A stretch of DNA of 64,000 nucleotides from contig CAZVJY010000001.1 of NCBI GenBank assembly GCA_964626685.1, forward strand, positions 173,881 through 237,880. Direction: 5' to 3'. Below the pieces are notes generated by a model, which made no database searches, was not told where the DNA came from, and saw only the letters and a program-made list of their open reading frames with translations. Positions 19,188-30,286 of this stretch are shown one piece after another (positions within the stretch are counted from its first letter, which is position 1; each line of letters opens with the position of its first letter). Made by a program: the position numbers and the translations under genes. Source of the stretch: an uncultured Flavobacteriaceae bacterium (GTDB taxonomy: Bacteria > Bacteroidota > Bacteroidia > NS11-12g > UBA955).

Positions 19188-19222
19188 TGTGTCCAATTTA
19201 CACTTATTAATTTTTATTTTTG
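19188..19222. promoter_or_regulatory. Operator TGTGT-ccaattt-ACACT (19188-19204) and plus-strand -7 element TATTTTTG (19215-19222)
   Basis: Fourth GTGT-N7-ACAC copy, between divergent susA-like and T9SS genes. Confidence 0.72.
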
Positions 19223-19251
19223 CTTCTAGATCTAAACTTATCAAACCAACC

Positions 19252-20559
19252 ATGATTAAAAATTACCTGACCATTCTTGCATTTTCGGCATCAGCGGGCC
19301 TTTATGCACAAGCAGCGGATGTAACGCTCAAGGTCGACGATCGAAACAACAAAACCAAAACCGCTATTAAATTCAAAGGTCAGTTCAACAATTGGGCCGA
19401 CGTCTCTGCGTATGATGACGGAACCAATGGTGATGTTACTGCCAATGACAACATTTGGTCTCTTAAGGTTACTGGTGTTGCTCCCGGAACTTACGAATGG
19501 GGTGCAACAGATCAGGACGGTGCCTGGCTGACACCCGGTGTTCCCAATTACCAGTTCACCGTGAACCAAGGATCTGTTTCAGGACAGACTGAAATTATTA
19601 TTCCAAAAAATAAACCGACCCACTCGGTTGTTTTCACTGTGCGCGACCTCGCAAAAAAAGAAACCGGCATTAAACTGAAAGGTTCTATGTTCGGCTGGTC
19701 TGCCAAGGATATGTTCGACAATGGAACCAACGGTGACACCACCGCCGGCGACAATGTATGGACTCTGAAAACCGATGTAGAAGAAGGCAGCTGGTCGTGG
19801 GGCATTGAGAATGAATGTGGCTGGAAGCTTGTAGGTCCCAACCGCGACTTTACAGTAGCCGTTGGTGGTTCCGTTTCAGGCTCTATCTCATACAGTATTC
19901 CTGCTCTTAACACACCCAAGAACGTAACATTCCGTATTTACATGGGTGATGTGATTGTTAGCTCTGCAGGCCTTTATGTTGCAGGAAATTTCCAGGATGC
20001 TGTAGCCGGCAAGAAACTCTGCAACTGGAGCAAAGACACCCTGCGCCTCACCGATGCCAACAATGACGATGTTTATGAACTCACTGTAAGCCTGTCTCCC
20101 GGCTCTTACCAGTACAAGTATTTCAACGGCCGTGGCGGTGATCCCGATGGTGAAAAAGGCGATTTCAAAACAGGCGGTTGTGGCTCTGACAACGGTCTGG
20201 GCGGATTCAACAGAAACCTTGACCTGAGTAGCCTTACCAAAGACACCGTTTTGGTTGTTTACAAATTCGACAGCTGCTCAGTATACAAAATGCCAACTAC
20301 CGGCATCAAGAAATCAAACACTGTTTTCAAGGGTGTTTATCCTAACCCTGCTACAGCATCAGCGAATGTTTCATTCACTAACAAAAGCGTTGCACACGTA
20401 GTAGAACTGCTTGATATTTCAGGAAAAGTAGTATCAAAAAATAACTTCGCTGCAGGTGCAAATTATGGCACTATCATGAAGCCTGCTTCAGGAACTTATT
20501 TTGTGAAGGTAACCGCTGCAGATGGAACAACTGCAAGCACAACCCTCGTGTTTGAATAA
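19252..20559 (+). CDS. Non-catalytic T9SS-secreted protein with three Ig/CBM-like modules
   Basis: Signal peptide; two repeats with D[D/N]GTNGD.TA.DN.W; third module VTFRIYM...TDANNDDVYELT; CTD VYPNPA...DISGK...GTYFVKV. Confidence 0.8.
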   Translation: MIKNYLTILAFSASAGLYAQAADVTLKVDDRNNKTKTAIKFKGQFNNWADVSAYDDGTNGDVTANDNIWSLKVTGVAPGTYEWGATDQDGAWLTPGVPNYQFTVNQGSVSGQTEIIIPKNKPTHSVVFTVRDLAKKETGIKLKGSMFGWSAKDMFDNGTNGDTTAGDNVWTLKTDVEEGSWSWGIENECGWKLVGPNRDFTVAVGGSVSGSISYSIPALNTPKNVTFRIYMGDVIVSSAGLYVAGNFQDAVAGKKLCNWSKDTLRLTDANNDDVYELTVSLSPGSYQYKYFNGRGGDPDGEKGDFKTGGCGSDNGLGGFNRNLDLSSLTKDTVLVVYKFDSCSVYKMPTTGIKKSNTVFKGVYPNPATASANVSFTNKSVAHVVELLDISGKVVSKNNFAAGANYGTIMKPASGTYFVKVTAADGTTASTTLVFE

Positions 20560-20575
20560 TTGATATTTCCCCTAC

Positions 20576-20614
20576 AAAAAGGCAACTTTCTCAATAAAAG
20601 TTGCCTTTTTTTTT
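20576..20614 (+). terminator. Rho-independent terminator
   Basis: aaaaaggcaacttt / aaagttgccttttt stem followed by a T-tract. Confidence 0.8.
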
Positions 20615-20635
20615 GCTAAATTCGAGAACAAAGCC

Positions 20636-23398
20636 ATGTTTAAAATATATACAGTAGTTTTTTCATTCATGCTAAGCAGTGCTGCTTTTGCACAAATGAC
20701 ACTGGATCCTGTTTTTGCTTCACAAAACGACAGTGTAACTATCATTTACGATGCTACCAAAGGTAACGGAGCCCTCAAGGATCTCGGGCCTCCCGATGTG
20801 TATATCCATACCGGAGTGATAACCAACCTCAGTAATGGCAACTCTGACTGGCGCTATGTTAAAGGGGTTTGGGGCACTGATGACGCACCCCGAAAAATGA
20901 CCTATAGCGGTAACAATATTTACAGAATCAAAATTTTCATTCCCACTTTCTATGGCGTCCCCGGTACAGAAACCATCAGAAAAATTGCTGCAGTTTTCCG
21001 GGATCGCACAGGCAACAAAGTTGGACGCAATGCAGACGGGACAGATATCTATGCCGATATCTTTCCTCCCGGACTGAAAATTAGTTTCACAAAACCCTCG
21101 GAAATACCGGGCATTTTTGAAACCTCAGATAACATTACCTTCGAAGCAAAAGCCTCTGAGTCAGCACGGATTGCATTTTTTGAAAATGGTATTCAACTGG
21201 ACACCCTTACGGCCGTTACTTTCAGCAAAACCCTAACAGGCAAGGCCCCTGGACGCTATATGTATGTTGTGCGAGCCCAAAAAGGCAGTATGACAGCCAG
21301 TGACACCTTGTTTGTTTCAATTAATCCGCCAGTTACAACTGAAGCCTTGCCTGCAGGTATGGTGGATGGCGCCAATTACATCAACGATACAACCCTGTTG
21401 TTTTCACTGGCTGCACCAGGCAAGAAATACGTATATCTCATTGGCGACTTCAACAACTGGCAGCCTCTGCCTGCCTATTTCATGAAAAAGACCCCCGATG
21501 GCAATCGCTGGTGGCTCATGGTTTCGGGTTTGAAAAAGGGACAACAATACGGGTATCAATACCTTGTTGATGGCCTTTTGAGAGAAGCAGATCCACTGAG
21601 TGAACTTATTTTGGACAACTGGAACGATGGTTTCATCAACAAAGCAGACTTTCCCGGCTTACCAAGCTACCCCTCAGGCAAATCTACGGGGCTGGTTTCT
21701 GTGGTCCAACCCGGCAAATCTGCTTATGCATGGAAGCACGATACCTTTACTGTGCGCAATGTTGGTTCCTTAAACATATACGAACTTCATATAAGGGATT
21801 TTATAGCTGCTCACTCATACACGGTATTGAAGGACACACTCCCTTACCTGAAAAAACTGGGTGTAAATGCCATCAAGCTCATGCCAGTAAACGAATTTGA
21901 AGCTAACTCAAGCTGGGGTTATAATGTTTCCTACCACATGGCCCTGGATAAGTACTACGGCAATGCAAATCAGCTCAAGGCCTTTATTGATGAGTGTCAC
22001 AAGCAAGGTATAGCTGTATTTCTGGATGTGGTTTTCAACCATGTATTCGGGCAAAGCACCCTCTGTCACCTATACTGGAACAGTGCACTAAACCAGCCTG
22101 CTGATAACAATCCCTGGTTAAACCCAGTTGCAAAACACGATTTCAACGTAGGCTATGATTTTAATCATGAAAGTCAGTTTACCCAACAATATATGGATCG
22201 CGTCATTAGATACTGGCTCACCGAATTCAAGGCTGACGGATTCCGATTTGATCTTTCCAAAGGATTTACACAAAAAAACACCCTGGGGAACACTGCAGCA
22301 TGGGGACAGTATGATGGCAGCCGAATCTACCTTCTAAAGCGCATGCGTGATGTTATCAGGAGTTATGACAACAACGCCGTATTGATACTCGAACACTTTG
22401 CTGACAACAGTGAAGAAACCGAACTATCCAACGAAGGATTTCTTTTTTGGGGTAATGGAAATAACGCATTTACGGAAGTATCCATGGGCTACAACTATGA
22501 TCTCTCGTGGTTCAGCAACTACAAAAGCCGCGGATGGAGCAAACCTCACCTGATTTCCTACATGGAAAGCCATGATGAGGAGCGTATGATGTATAAAAAC
22601 ATCACCTTTGGTAATAGCAACGGTGGTTATAATGTAAGACAGCTTTCTACTGCACTTAAAAGAGGTGAAATGGCTACCGTTCTTTTCTTCAGCGTTCCCG
22701 GTCCAAAAATGATATGGCAATTTGGCGAACTGGGCTATGACGTAAATATCAACTTCAATGGTCGAACCGGAGAAAAGCCCATTCGCTGGAACTACCTAAC
22801 TGAGCCTGACCGCCAGGGCCTGCATCAGGTATACGCTACCATGATGAACCTTAGAAACAAATATCCTGTTTTTCATACCACATTCAGCAATTTTAACCTG
22901 GGTGGACGGGTTAAAAAAGCCTGGCTGCAACACTTTGATCACTATGTGCACGTAATCGCCAATACAGATGTGGTGCCTACCAGCACAACCTACGATTTCC
23001 ATGATACAGGAAAATGGTATGAAGTTTTTTCCGGAGACAGCCTGAGGGTTACCAATAAAAACATGCCCATTACCCTCGCACCGGGTGCATACCGAATGTT
23101 TACCAACAAACGAATGGAGTTGCAGCCCAAGGTTCAAATCCCAAACAGCACTGATAAACTGGATAATCATTCGGAAATCCTGGTGTATCCGAATCCTGCT
23201 TCTGACGCGTTGAACCTGATGGGACCCGTGAACGCCCGTATTCAGGTAAGAGATGCTTCAGGACGGTGTGTTTACACCGGATTTATGAAAGATAAATTCA
23301 TGCAAATCCATACCCGAAACTGGCCTAACGGAGTGTATGTAATTCATGGCCAATCACAGAATGGTACCTGGTCTGTGAAAACGCTGATACAGCACTAA
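20636..23398 (+). CDS. T9SS-secreted alpha-amylase: CBM98-like, Ig, CBM48 and GH13 (GH13_47-like) domains plus CTD
   Basis: VYIHTGVIT N-terminal module, LIGDFNNW, IYELHIRDF, SWGYN, DGFRFDLSKG, ILEHF, ESHDEER, VYPNPA. Confidence 0.88.
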   Translation: MFKIYTVVFSFMLSSAAFAQMTLDPVFASQNDSVTIIYDATKGNGALKDLGPPDVYIHTGVITNLSNGNSDWRYVKGVWGTDDAPRKMTYSGNNIYRIKIFIPTFYGVPGTETIRKIAAVFRDRTGNKVGRNADGTDIYADIFPPGLKISFTKPSEIPGIFETSDNITFEAKASESARIAFFENGIQLDTLTAVTFSKTLTGKAPGRYMYVVRAQKGSMTASDTLFVSINPPVTTEALPAGMVDGANYINDTTLLFSLAAPGKKYVYLIGDFNNWQPLPAYFMKKTPDGNRWWLMVSGLKKGQQYGYQYLVDGLLREADPLSELILDNWNDGFINKADFPGLPSYPSGKSTGLVSVVQPGKSAYAWKHDTFTVRNVGSLNIYELHIRDFIAAHSYTVLKDTLPYLKKLGVNAIKLMPVNEFEANSSWGYNVSYHMALDKYYGNANQLKAFIDECHKQGIAVFLDVVFNHVFGQSTLCHLYWNSALNQPADNNPWLNPVAKHDFNVGYDFNHESQFTQQYMDRVIRYWLTEFKADGFRFDLSKGFTQKNTLGNTAAWGQYDGSRIYLLKRMRDVIRSYDNNAVLILEHFADNSEETELSNEGFLFWGNGNNAFTEVSMGYNYDLSWFSNYKSRGWSKPHLISYMESHDEERMMYKNITFGNSNGGYNVRQLSTALKRGEMATVLFFSVPGPKMIWQFGELGYDVNINFNGRTGEKPIRWNYLTEPDRQGLHQVYATMMNLRNKYPVFHTTFSNFNLGGRVKKAWLQHFDHYVHVIANTDVVPTSTTYDFHDTGKWYEVFSGDSLRVTNKNMPITLAPGAYRMFTNKRMELQPKVQIPNSTDKLDNHSEILVYPNPASDALNLMGPVNARIQVRDASGRCVYTGFMKDKFMQIHTRNWPNGVYVIHGQSQNGTWSVKTLIQH

Positions 23399-23415
23399 AA
23401 TCCATTCCCGCACAG

Positions 23416-23446
23416 AAAACCCTGCTAAAATGGCAGGGTTTTTTTT
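23416..23446 (+). terminator. Rho-independent terminator
   Basis: aaaaccctgc / gcagggtttt stem followed by a T-tract. Confidence 0.82.
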
Positions 23447-23557
23447 ATGCACAATAACACAAATTCGGGGAAGTGTGGTATTTGGCAGGTATAAATAGTA
23501 GCTTTGTAGTGTAATTCTGTTTGGCTCAGCTTTTGCCATCAGATAGTTAACTGCATA

Positions 23558-25579
23558 ATGAGCGAAAATAAAAACAACAAACCCAAACCCGGTGGTTTCC
23601 GGTTCAACCCTTACTGGATTTATGGCATCATCTTTATTGTGATGCTTGTTCTTACCTTCTTGCCCCGGGGTTCGGGCCGCAGCACCAACTGGGCTGAGGT
23701 TCGTCAGATGATAGTTCAGGGTGATATCGAAAAACTTACCATTGTTAATGAGCAGATTGTAGAAGTATACCTCACCAAAGAAGCAAGCCAAAAGGAGGAA
23801 CATAAATCCAGCGCGAAAAAAGAAGACATGCTGGGTGCCAATCAGCCTAATTACTACTTTGAAATAGAAAAGGGTTACTTCAACAATGAAATCAAGGATT
23901 TGAAAGAGGAGTTGAAGGAAAAGAAGACTGAAACTCCCATACCGCCTATTTCCTATGAATCACACAGCGACTTCATGGGCCAGTTGTTTCAATGGCTTTT
24001 CTTCATAGGTATTTTCCTTATTTTCTGGAGCATCCTGTTCCGCCGTGTGGGCGGTGGTGGTGGTGGAAGCGGTTCAAACATATTCAGCATAGGCCGCGCC
24101 AGAGCTCAGCTTTTTGACAAAGACACCAAAGTTAACATTTCTTTCAAGGATGTGGCAGGTCTGGAAGAAGCCAAGGTAGAAGTAATGGAGGTTGTTGACT
24201 TCCTTAAAAACCCTAAAAAATACACTAACCTTGGAGGTAAAATTCCTAAAGGCGTGCTGCTTGTAGGCCCTCCCGGAACAGGCAAAACCCTGCTGGCTAA
24301 AGCCGTTGCCGGTGAAGCCGGGGTTCCCTTCTTCTCTCTGTCAGGTTCTGATTTCGTGGAAATGTTTGTGGGGGTGGGTGCCAGCCGTGTACGCGATCTG
24401 TTCAAACAGGCCAAAGAAAAGGCCCCCTGTATTATCTTCATTGATGAAATTGATGCCGTAGGCCGGGCCCGTGGTAAAAACCTGGTGCAGGGCAGCAATG
24501 ACGAACGTGAAAACACACTGAACCAGCTTCTGGCTGAAATGGATGGCTTTGGAACCGACAGCGGTGTAATTATCATGGCTGCCACCAACCGTCCGGATAT
24601 TCTTGACAGCGCCTTACTGCGTCCGGGCCGTTTCGATAGACAAATCACTGTAGACCGACCTGATTTGGCAGGCAGAGAACAAATTTTCAAAGTTCACCTG
24701 AAGCCCCTTACCAAGCTGGCAGGCGATGTAGATGCACATAAACTGGCCGCACAAACGCCCGGATTTGCCGGTGCAGAAATTGCCAATGTTTGCAATGAAG
24801 CTGCGCTCATCGCCGCACGCCATGGCAAAGATCACGTAGATATGCAGGATTTTCAGGATGCCATTGATCGCGTCATCGGCGGACTGGAGAAAAAGAATAA
24901 AATCATTTCACCCGAAGAAAAGCAGATTGTAGCTTACCACGAGGCCGGTCATGCCATCGCAGGCTGGTTCCTCGAAAATGCCGATCCCCTGCTGAAGGTG
25001 AGCATTGTTCCCCGCGGTGTGGCTGCTTTGGGATACGCACAGTATCTTCCTAAAGAACAATACCTGTACCGCACCGAGCAGCTGTTGGACAGTATGTGTA
25101 TGACCTTGGGTGGCAGGGCTGCAGAAGACATTTTCTTCGGAAAAATAAGTACAGGTGCACAAAATGACCTGGAGCGCATCACCAAAATGGCCTACAGCAT
25201 GGTTACCATTTATGGCATGAGCGAAAAAGTAGGCAACCTTTCGTTCTATGATCCGCAGGGCGAATATGGCTACCAAAAGCCTTACAGCGAGAAAACCTCC
25301 GAACTGATAGATGAGGAAGTGCGCAACATCATTGCAGGTGCCTATAACCGCTGCAAGAATCTGCTGACCGAAAAGAAAGAAGAACTGAAAGCAGTAGCTG
25401 AAGAATTGTTGCAAAAGGAAATCTTGTTCCAGTCAGACCTCGAAAGAATTATTGGAAGAAGACCTTTTGACCATAAACCCGCAACGGAGGAAGTTCCTGA
25501 AACTACAGAACCGAAAGCAGAATTAATAGAACCGGAAACACCTGCTGACGATACCCCTGTTATTGAACCAGAATCATAA
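23558..25579 (+). CDS. ftsH: ATP-dependent zinc metalloprotease FtsH
   Basis: Two TM segments, [38 protein letters not shown]. Confidence 0.97.
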   Translation: MSENKNNKPKPGGFRFNPYWIYGIIFIVMLVLTFLPRGSGRSTNWAEVRQMIVQGDIEKLTIVNEQIVEVYLTKEASQKEEHKSSAKKEDMLGANQPNYYFEIEKGYFNNEIKDLKEELKEKKTETPIPPISYESHSDFMGQLFQWLFFIGIFLIFWSILFRRVGGGGGGSGSNIFSIGRARAQLFDKDTKVNISFKDVAGLEEAKVEVMEVVDFLKNPKKYTNLGGKIPKGVLLVGPPGTGKTLLAKAVAGEAGVPFFSLSGSDFVEMFVGVGASRVRDLFKQAKEKAPCIIFIDEIDAVGRARGKNLVQGSNDERENTLNQLLAEMDGFGTDSGVIIMAATNRPDILDSALLRPGRFDRQITVDRPDLAGREQIFKVHLKPLTKLAGDVDAHKLAAQTPGFAGAEIANVCNEAALIAARHGKDHVDMQDFQDAIDRVIGGLEKKNKIISPEEKQIVAYHEAGHAIAGWFLENADPLLKVSIVPRGVAALGYAQYLPKEQYLYRTEQLLDSMCMTLGGRAAEDIFFGKISTGAQNDLERITKMAYSMVTIYGMSEKVGNLSFYDPQGEYGYQKPYSEKTSELIDEEVRNIIAGAYNRCKNLLTEKKEELKAVAEELLQKEILFQSDLERIIGRRPFDHKPATEEVPETTEPKAELIEPETPADDTPVIEPES

Positions 25580-26657
25580 AAAGTGGATTAGCCGACTTGC
25601 GATTGTTGCCATTCTCATTGCAGCGTGGTATCTGCGCGGTGTCATCGCATACTTTCTTGTCGCTGCGCTGATTAACTTTATTGCAGCACCCTTGATGGCT
25701 GCAATGGAAAAACGCATTACCTGGAAAAAGAAACCCCTGGCGAGGTGGGTTTATGCTACCGCAATCATTGCTCTGCTGATTGCCGCCATGTTTGCTCTCC
25801 TGCGCTTAATCGTTCCGCCTTTGCTGGAACAGGCTGACCGAATCAGCCATATCTCAAGTGAAGATTTTAAACGCAGTTTTGGCCCACCTCTTGCCGATTT
25901 ACAGCACTATCTCTCCACATGGGGCATAGATGGCCAGCTGTTTAGTCCGGAGCACATTAAACAGGATTTTATGCATTGGATACAAACAGCAGATATCCGT
26001 AGCACAGTGACCGATATCCTGGGAGGCGTAAGTACCGCGGGTGGCTGGATTTTTTCAGTGCTTTTTATCTCATTCTTTTTTCTGAAGGAAAAGTTTCTTC
26101 TGTACAGGGTTATTCACACCCTGACACCCGATACGATTGAACCCCGAATGCAAAAGGTTCTTAGGGCCATTGAGAAATTGCTGGGAAAGTACTTTAGAAG
26201 CATATTGCTACAGGTGCTGGTATTTGGAAGCTATATATTTGTTGGATTAAGTATTGTCGGTGAACCCTATGCGCTCACCATAGCTGTTTTCTGCGGGTTA
26301 ATCAATCTTATCAGTTATGTCGGCCCGATAATGGGACTGTCTGTAGCACTGATGTTCAGTATTGGCGGGCATATCGGTGCAGATTTCTACACTTCCATAC
26401 TACCCCATTTAATGGAGGTTTCTACTGTTTTCGGAATAGCCATTCTGCTTGACAACATGGTTTCCTATCCCCTCATTTTCTCCAATTCACTGAAAGTGCA
26501 TCCACTGGAACTGTTCTTTGTGGTTTTGGCAGGGTTTCAGCTGGCCGGATTAGGCGGTATGATTGTGGCGGCTCCATTATACACCATGCTAAAAATCATT
26601 GCCAAAGAGTTTTTACAGGGCTTCGACGTGGTGCGCAGCATCACGCGGGGGGTGTAG
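25563..26657 (+). CDS. AI-2E family transporter
   Basis: Multi-TM; [22 protein letters not shown] motifs. Confidence 0.85.
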   Translation: MNQNHKKWISRLAIVAILIAAWYLRGVIAYFLVAALINFIAAPLMAAMEKRITWKKKPLARWVYATAIIALLIAAMFALLRLIVPPLLEQADRISHISSEDFKRSFGPPLADLQHYLSTWGIDGQLFSPEHIKQDFMHWIQTADIRSTVTDILGGVSTAGGWIFSVLFISFFFLKEKFLLYRVIHTLTPDTIEPRMQKVLRAIEKLLGKYFRSILLQVLVFGSYIFVGLSIVGEPYALTIAVFCGLINLISYVGPIMGLSVALMFSIGGHIGADFYTSILPHLMEVSTVFGIAILLDNMVSYPLIFSNSLKVHPLELFFVVLAGFQLAGLGGMIVAAPLYTMLKIIAKEFLQGFDVVRSITRGV

Positions 26658-28230
26658 CAGCCTTTTGTAAACGAAAGAAATAAGCCAATCCCAGAGCCAT
26701 AGATATTCCGCTCAGGATTAACAACCATGTCAAATCACCCATGCGGGTATACAAGGTCATTTTGCGGCTGCTGTCTATGTCTATTTCAGCAGAGATAGCC
26801 GTCTTTTCCCACCATTGTGTAGATTTGATTATATCACCGTAGGGACTGATAAAGCCTGAGATTCCTGTATTGGCACTGCGCACCAGCCACCGCCTATGTT
26901 CTATAGCCCGCAATTGTGCGAAGGCAAGATGCTGTTTGTAGCCGGGTGTGTTGCCCCACCAGGCGTCGTTCGTAATCACGCACAATAAATCTGCACTGTC
27001 TTTCACAAAACGGCCGGTATAGTCACCGTAAATGCTCTCGTAGCAGATAATGGGTGCCACTTTAAGTTTACCCGCGTCAAACACTTTTGGTGCAGGGCTT
27101 TTACCTAAACTGCCCGATATGGAGTTTTCATCCAGCTCTACCGCCAGTTTGTCAATCCAGGGGAAATGCTGCACAAAGGGCATCTGCTCGGTTCCCGGTA
27201 CCAGTATGCTCTTGTGGTAATATTGAAATGGGCTATCGCCAATCAACACTGCGCTGTTGTATGCATTCCACCAGAGGGTGGGATCCTGCGTAGGACGTGC
27301 CGTGCCGTTGGGACGAACTTTGCAGTTTTCGTAAATCTGCTGCATATCCGCTCCTGTTAGAACATGCAGCGAAGGAAAGTCCTTACGAAAAGCAGCTATG
27401 GCATTAACATCAGGATGCTGCTGCGGATGGTCTGTGTCAATGGAAGAAGTAATACTGGTTTCAGGCCATACCAATAGAAATGTATTATTATCTATAGCCT
27501 TTTTGCTAAGGGCTATCATTTCGTCCACCATTTCAGAAGAGGGCCTCGAAAACTTTTCATTCCAGGGATCATAACAGGGCTGGCAAACGGCCACTTTCAC
27601 AGTCTTATCAGGTATTACGGTCTGATTCCATTTCCAGCCATTGAATACCGAAGAAGCCCAAACAAAAACCAGCAATCCGGTGGCAGCCACTCCATAACTC
27701 CGGCTGCGGTATTTCCATGTTTTCCAAATAAGCACATTCATGGCCAGCACAAAAGCCGAGCCTCCCAATGTTCCGGTTATATCATACCACTGCACCAGCC
27801 ACGGTGCCGAGGCTAATCCATTACCCAACGTAAGCCATGGCCAACTCAAATCCCAGCGGTGATGTAAAAATTCATAGGTAAGCCAGAAAACCACAAACAG
27901 GTAAACAGCAGGATCACCCAGTTTTTTGCGGCTATAGCGATACAAAACCCATGGAAGGGTCATAAACAGGGTATTCAGCAGCAGCATGGCTACTGCACCT
28001 GGAGCAGTGCTGTTCCATACCCACCAGGTGGTGAAAAGATTCCAAAAGAATAAGGCGCCATATAACCGTGTCCACCACTTCATTCCACTTCGTTCCTGCC
28101 ATTCTTCCTGCAATTGAAGCAGGGGCACAAACCCTACAAACAACAGCACAAAAATGCCAATGGGCGGCCAGGCCAGCCATAGACAAATCCCGGGTGCAAG
28201 CAGGTAATACAGCCATTTCCACTTATTCAT
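26641..28230 (-). CDS. lnt: Apolipoprotein N-acyltransferase
   Basis: WPWLTLG, VWPET, YHKSILVPGTE, ICYES, ITNDAWW, RAIE, RSANTGIS. Confidence 0.93.
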   Translation of the reverse strand: MNKWKWLYYLLAPGICLWLAWPPIGIFVLLFVGFVPLLQLQEEWQERSGMKWWTRLYGALFFWNLFTTWWVWNSTAPGAVAMLLLNTLFMTLPWVLYRYSRKKLGDPAVYLFVVFWLTYEFLHHRWDLSWPWLTLGNGLASAPWLVQWYDITGTLGGSAFVLAMNVLIWKTWKYRSRSYGVAATGLLVFVWASSVFNGWKWNQTVIPDKTVKVAVCQPCYDPWNEKFSRPSSEMVDEMIALSKKAIDNNTFLLVWPETSITSSIDTDHPQQHPDVNAIAAFRKDFPSLHVLTGADMQQIYENCKVRPNGTARPTQDPTLWWNAYNSAVLIGDSPFQYYHKSILVPGTEQMPFVQHFPWIDKLAVELDENSISGSLGKSPAPKVFDAGKLKVAPIICYESIYGDYTGRFVKDSADLLCVITNDAWWGNTPGYKQHLAFAQLRAIEHRRWLVRSANTGISGFISPYGDIIKSTQWWEKTAISAEIDIDSSRKMTLYTRMGDLTWLLILSGISMALGLAYFFRLQKAATPPA

Positions 28231-28927
28231 CTGTGTGGTCCTCCTCAGTATAATCCGTTCCCTCTAAAACCACTACAAATTCACCCTTGGGCGCGTGCAG
28301 GGAAAAATGACCAATCAGGTCATCCACATTACCATTAATGGTTTCTTCAAATTTTTTGGTTAACTCTCTGCTAACACTGATTTTACGTTCTCCAGCTCCA
28401 AGGTCTTTCAGTGCTTGAAGGGTTTTCAGCAGTTTGTGGGGACTCTCATAAAAAACAACAGTACAAGGCTGTCCAAGCATCTGCAGCAATTTGGTCTGGC
28501 GGCCTTTTTTTGGGGGTAAAAACCCTTCAAATACAAATCTGTGCAAGGCAAAACCGCTTTTCAGCAAAGCCGGAATAAAGGCGGTGGCGCCGGGAATCAC
28601 CTCAACAGGAATATTGTTCTCTACACAGGCCCTTGCCAGTAAAAATCCCGGGTCGGAGATACCTGGAGTTCCTGCATCGGAAATCTGGGCTAAAACGGCC
28701 CCTTTCTTCAGGCGATCGATAATTCCGGAAAGCCGATGGTGCTCATTGTGCTGGTGAAATGATTCAAGAGGCGTTTGTATGCCATAATGATTGAAAAGCA
28801 CTTTGCTGCTGCGGGTATCCTCCGCCAATACAGCATCGGCTGTTTTAAGCGTTTCCACCGCCCTAAATGTCATATCTGACAAATTGCCAACCGGTGTGGC
28901 GACGATGTAAAGTTTGCCGCTGCTCAA
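28223..28927 (-). CDS. rsmI: 16S rRNA C1402 2'-O-methyltransferase
   Basis: LYIVATPVGN, AEDTR, SDAGTPGISDPG, FYESPH, RELTKKFE. Confidence 0.95.
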   Translation of the reverse strand: MSSGKLYIVATPVGNLSDMTFRAVETLKTADAVLAEDTRSSKVLFNHYGIQTPLESFHQHNEHHRLSGIIDRLKKGAVLAQISDAGTPGISDPGFLLARACVENNIPVEVIPGATAFIPALLKSGFALHRFVFEGFLPPKKGRQTKLLQMLGQPCTVVFYESPHKLLKTLQALKDLGAGERKISVSRELTKKFEETINGNVDDLIGHFSLHAPKGEFVVVLEGTDYTEEDHTDE

Positions 28928-30282
28928 CTTTTGCTGATGAATAACTTTTCGGTCTTCACAGGCTTTCGGGTATCGGCACGCTTGAGCTGGAAGATGTAAA
29001 CCCCGGGAGCATAACGCGCCGTGGAAATGATTTCCTCATTGCGCCTAACAGGCATGTCTTCCACCATCAGGCGGCCTGCGGCATCATACACACTCAAGGT
29101 TAAGGTATTCAGTAATTCTTCATTGGTAACCTCCACCACCGCAGACTGGTTGCTATTTCTGGCAAAAATCTTTACCTCATTGTATACAAACGTGTCAAAA
29201 ATGCGCATTTTCTGCACAACCTCTACCTTGATGGGCAGCGCAGTGCGGTAATCTTTTATTGCAGAACGCATTACCTGAATTTGCTGACGGCTAAACATAT
29301 TCTGACAAGTCTCGGAGCTATAATCCATGTAATTCTCTATCATATCAGGCAGGTCATCTTTAGTATCAGTACAAGTATTTACACCCAAGTTACAGTTGAA
29401 GTTACTGCGGGAAGCCTGATTAGGCGTATCAAAAAGATAATCATCCACAGAACAGCCAGGGGTAAAGAAAGGTGGATCACCCCAGATATGACGTAACCCA
29501 AAATAATGACCGAACTCATGCGTTGCAACCCTGCCCCGGCGGTTGGCAGACAATGTTCCTGCAGCCCTGGGATTGTTGCGGCCAAAAACCTGAAAATGAA
29601 TGACCACACCTTGGTTATTGTTTCCAACCCATGATGAATTCGGCCAGTTGGGATGTCCAAAAGGAGGGTATGCATATCCCAGAACCAAACTGCCCTGATT
29701 CGGTACCTGCAAATCACCTACCCAAACATTCAGATATTTCAGCGGGTTCCAGGCATTATCTCCACCTTGGGAAGAGAATTTGATATTGTCATTGTTGAAA
29801 GAGAAATTGGTCAGGGTTGTACTTTTGCGAACAATACCCGTAGTAGGATTTCCTGAAGGGTCAGTGGTGGCCAGTACAAATTTGAAGCGGGTACTTCCTG
29901 CCCTGCTTTTGAAAATACTTCGCGTATTTCCGGTATCCGGATTTAACCGACTGAAATCCTGGTTCAAAACCTCCAGTTGATTGTATATCAGACTATCATG
30001 AATATTTTCATTCGAATTATTGTAAAGAATATGAAACACAACCGGAATGGTATAAATAGTATCAAAGAAATAGGTGGTATCACGAATCTTTAACTTCCTT
30101 GGCAACACCTTGGGCCCATGCACACATTGAATATAGGCTTTATCGTATGAAGCCCTGAATCCAGGGTATTGTTTCTCCAGGCTTTCCATCACATGGTCGT
30201 GTCCGCAACGCTCTATACCTGGCGTTTGGGCTTTTGTCGAGATGGCTAAAAGGGTAAAAAGTAACAGGTAAAGGTATTTCAT
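28924..30282 (-). CDS. M43 family zinc metalloprotease with T9SS CTD
   Basis: Cys-switch RCGHD, TIPVVFH, HEFGHYFGLRHIWGD, NYMDYS, CTD YDAAGR...GVYIF. Confidence 0.88.
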   Translation of the reverse strand: MKYLYLLLFTLLAISTKAQTPGIERCGHDHVMESLEKQYPGFRASYDKAYIQCVHGPKVLPRKLKIRDTTYFFDTIYTIPVVFHILYNNSNENIHDSLIYNQLEVLNQDFSRLNPDTGNTRSIFKSRAGSTRFKFVLATTDPSGNPTTGIVRKSTTLTNFSFNNDNIKFSSQGGDNAWNPLKYLNVWVGDLQVPNQGSLVLGYAYPPFGHPNWPNSSWVGNNNQGVVIHFQVFGRNNPRAAGTLSANRRGRVATHEFGHYFGLRHIWGDPPFFTPGCSVDDYLFDTPNQASRSNFNCNLGVNTCTDTKDDLPDMIENYMDYSSETCQNMFSRQQIQVMRSAIKDYRTALPIKVEVVQKMRIFDTFVYNEVKIFARNSNQSAVVEVTNEELLNTLTLSVYDAAGRLMVEDMPVRRNEEIISTARYAPGVYIFQLKRADTRKPVKTEKLFISKS

Positions 30283-30286
30283 ATGA

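Noticed and set aside
24106-25414. Long antisense ORFs opposite ftsH, and similar ones opposite xseA, der, susC and GH3
   Set aside because: Shadow ORFs of well-supported genes, with no recognisable motifs.
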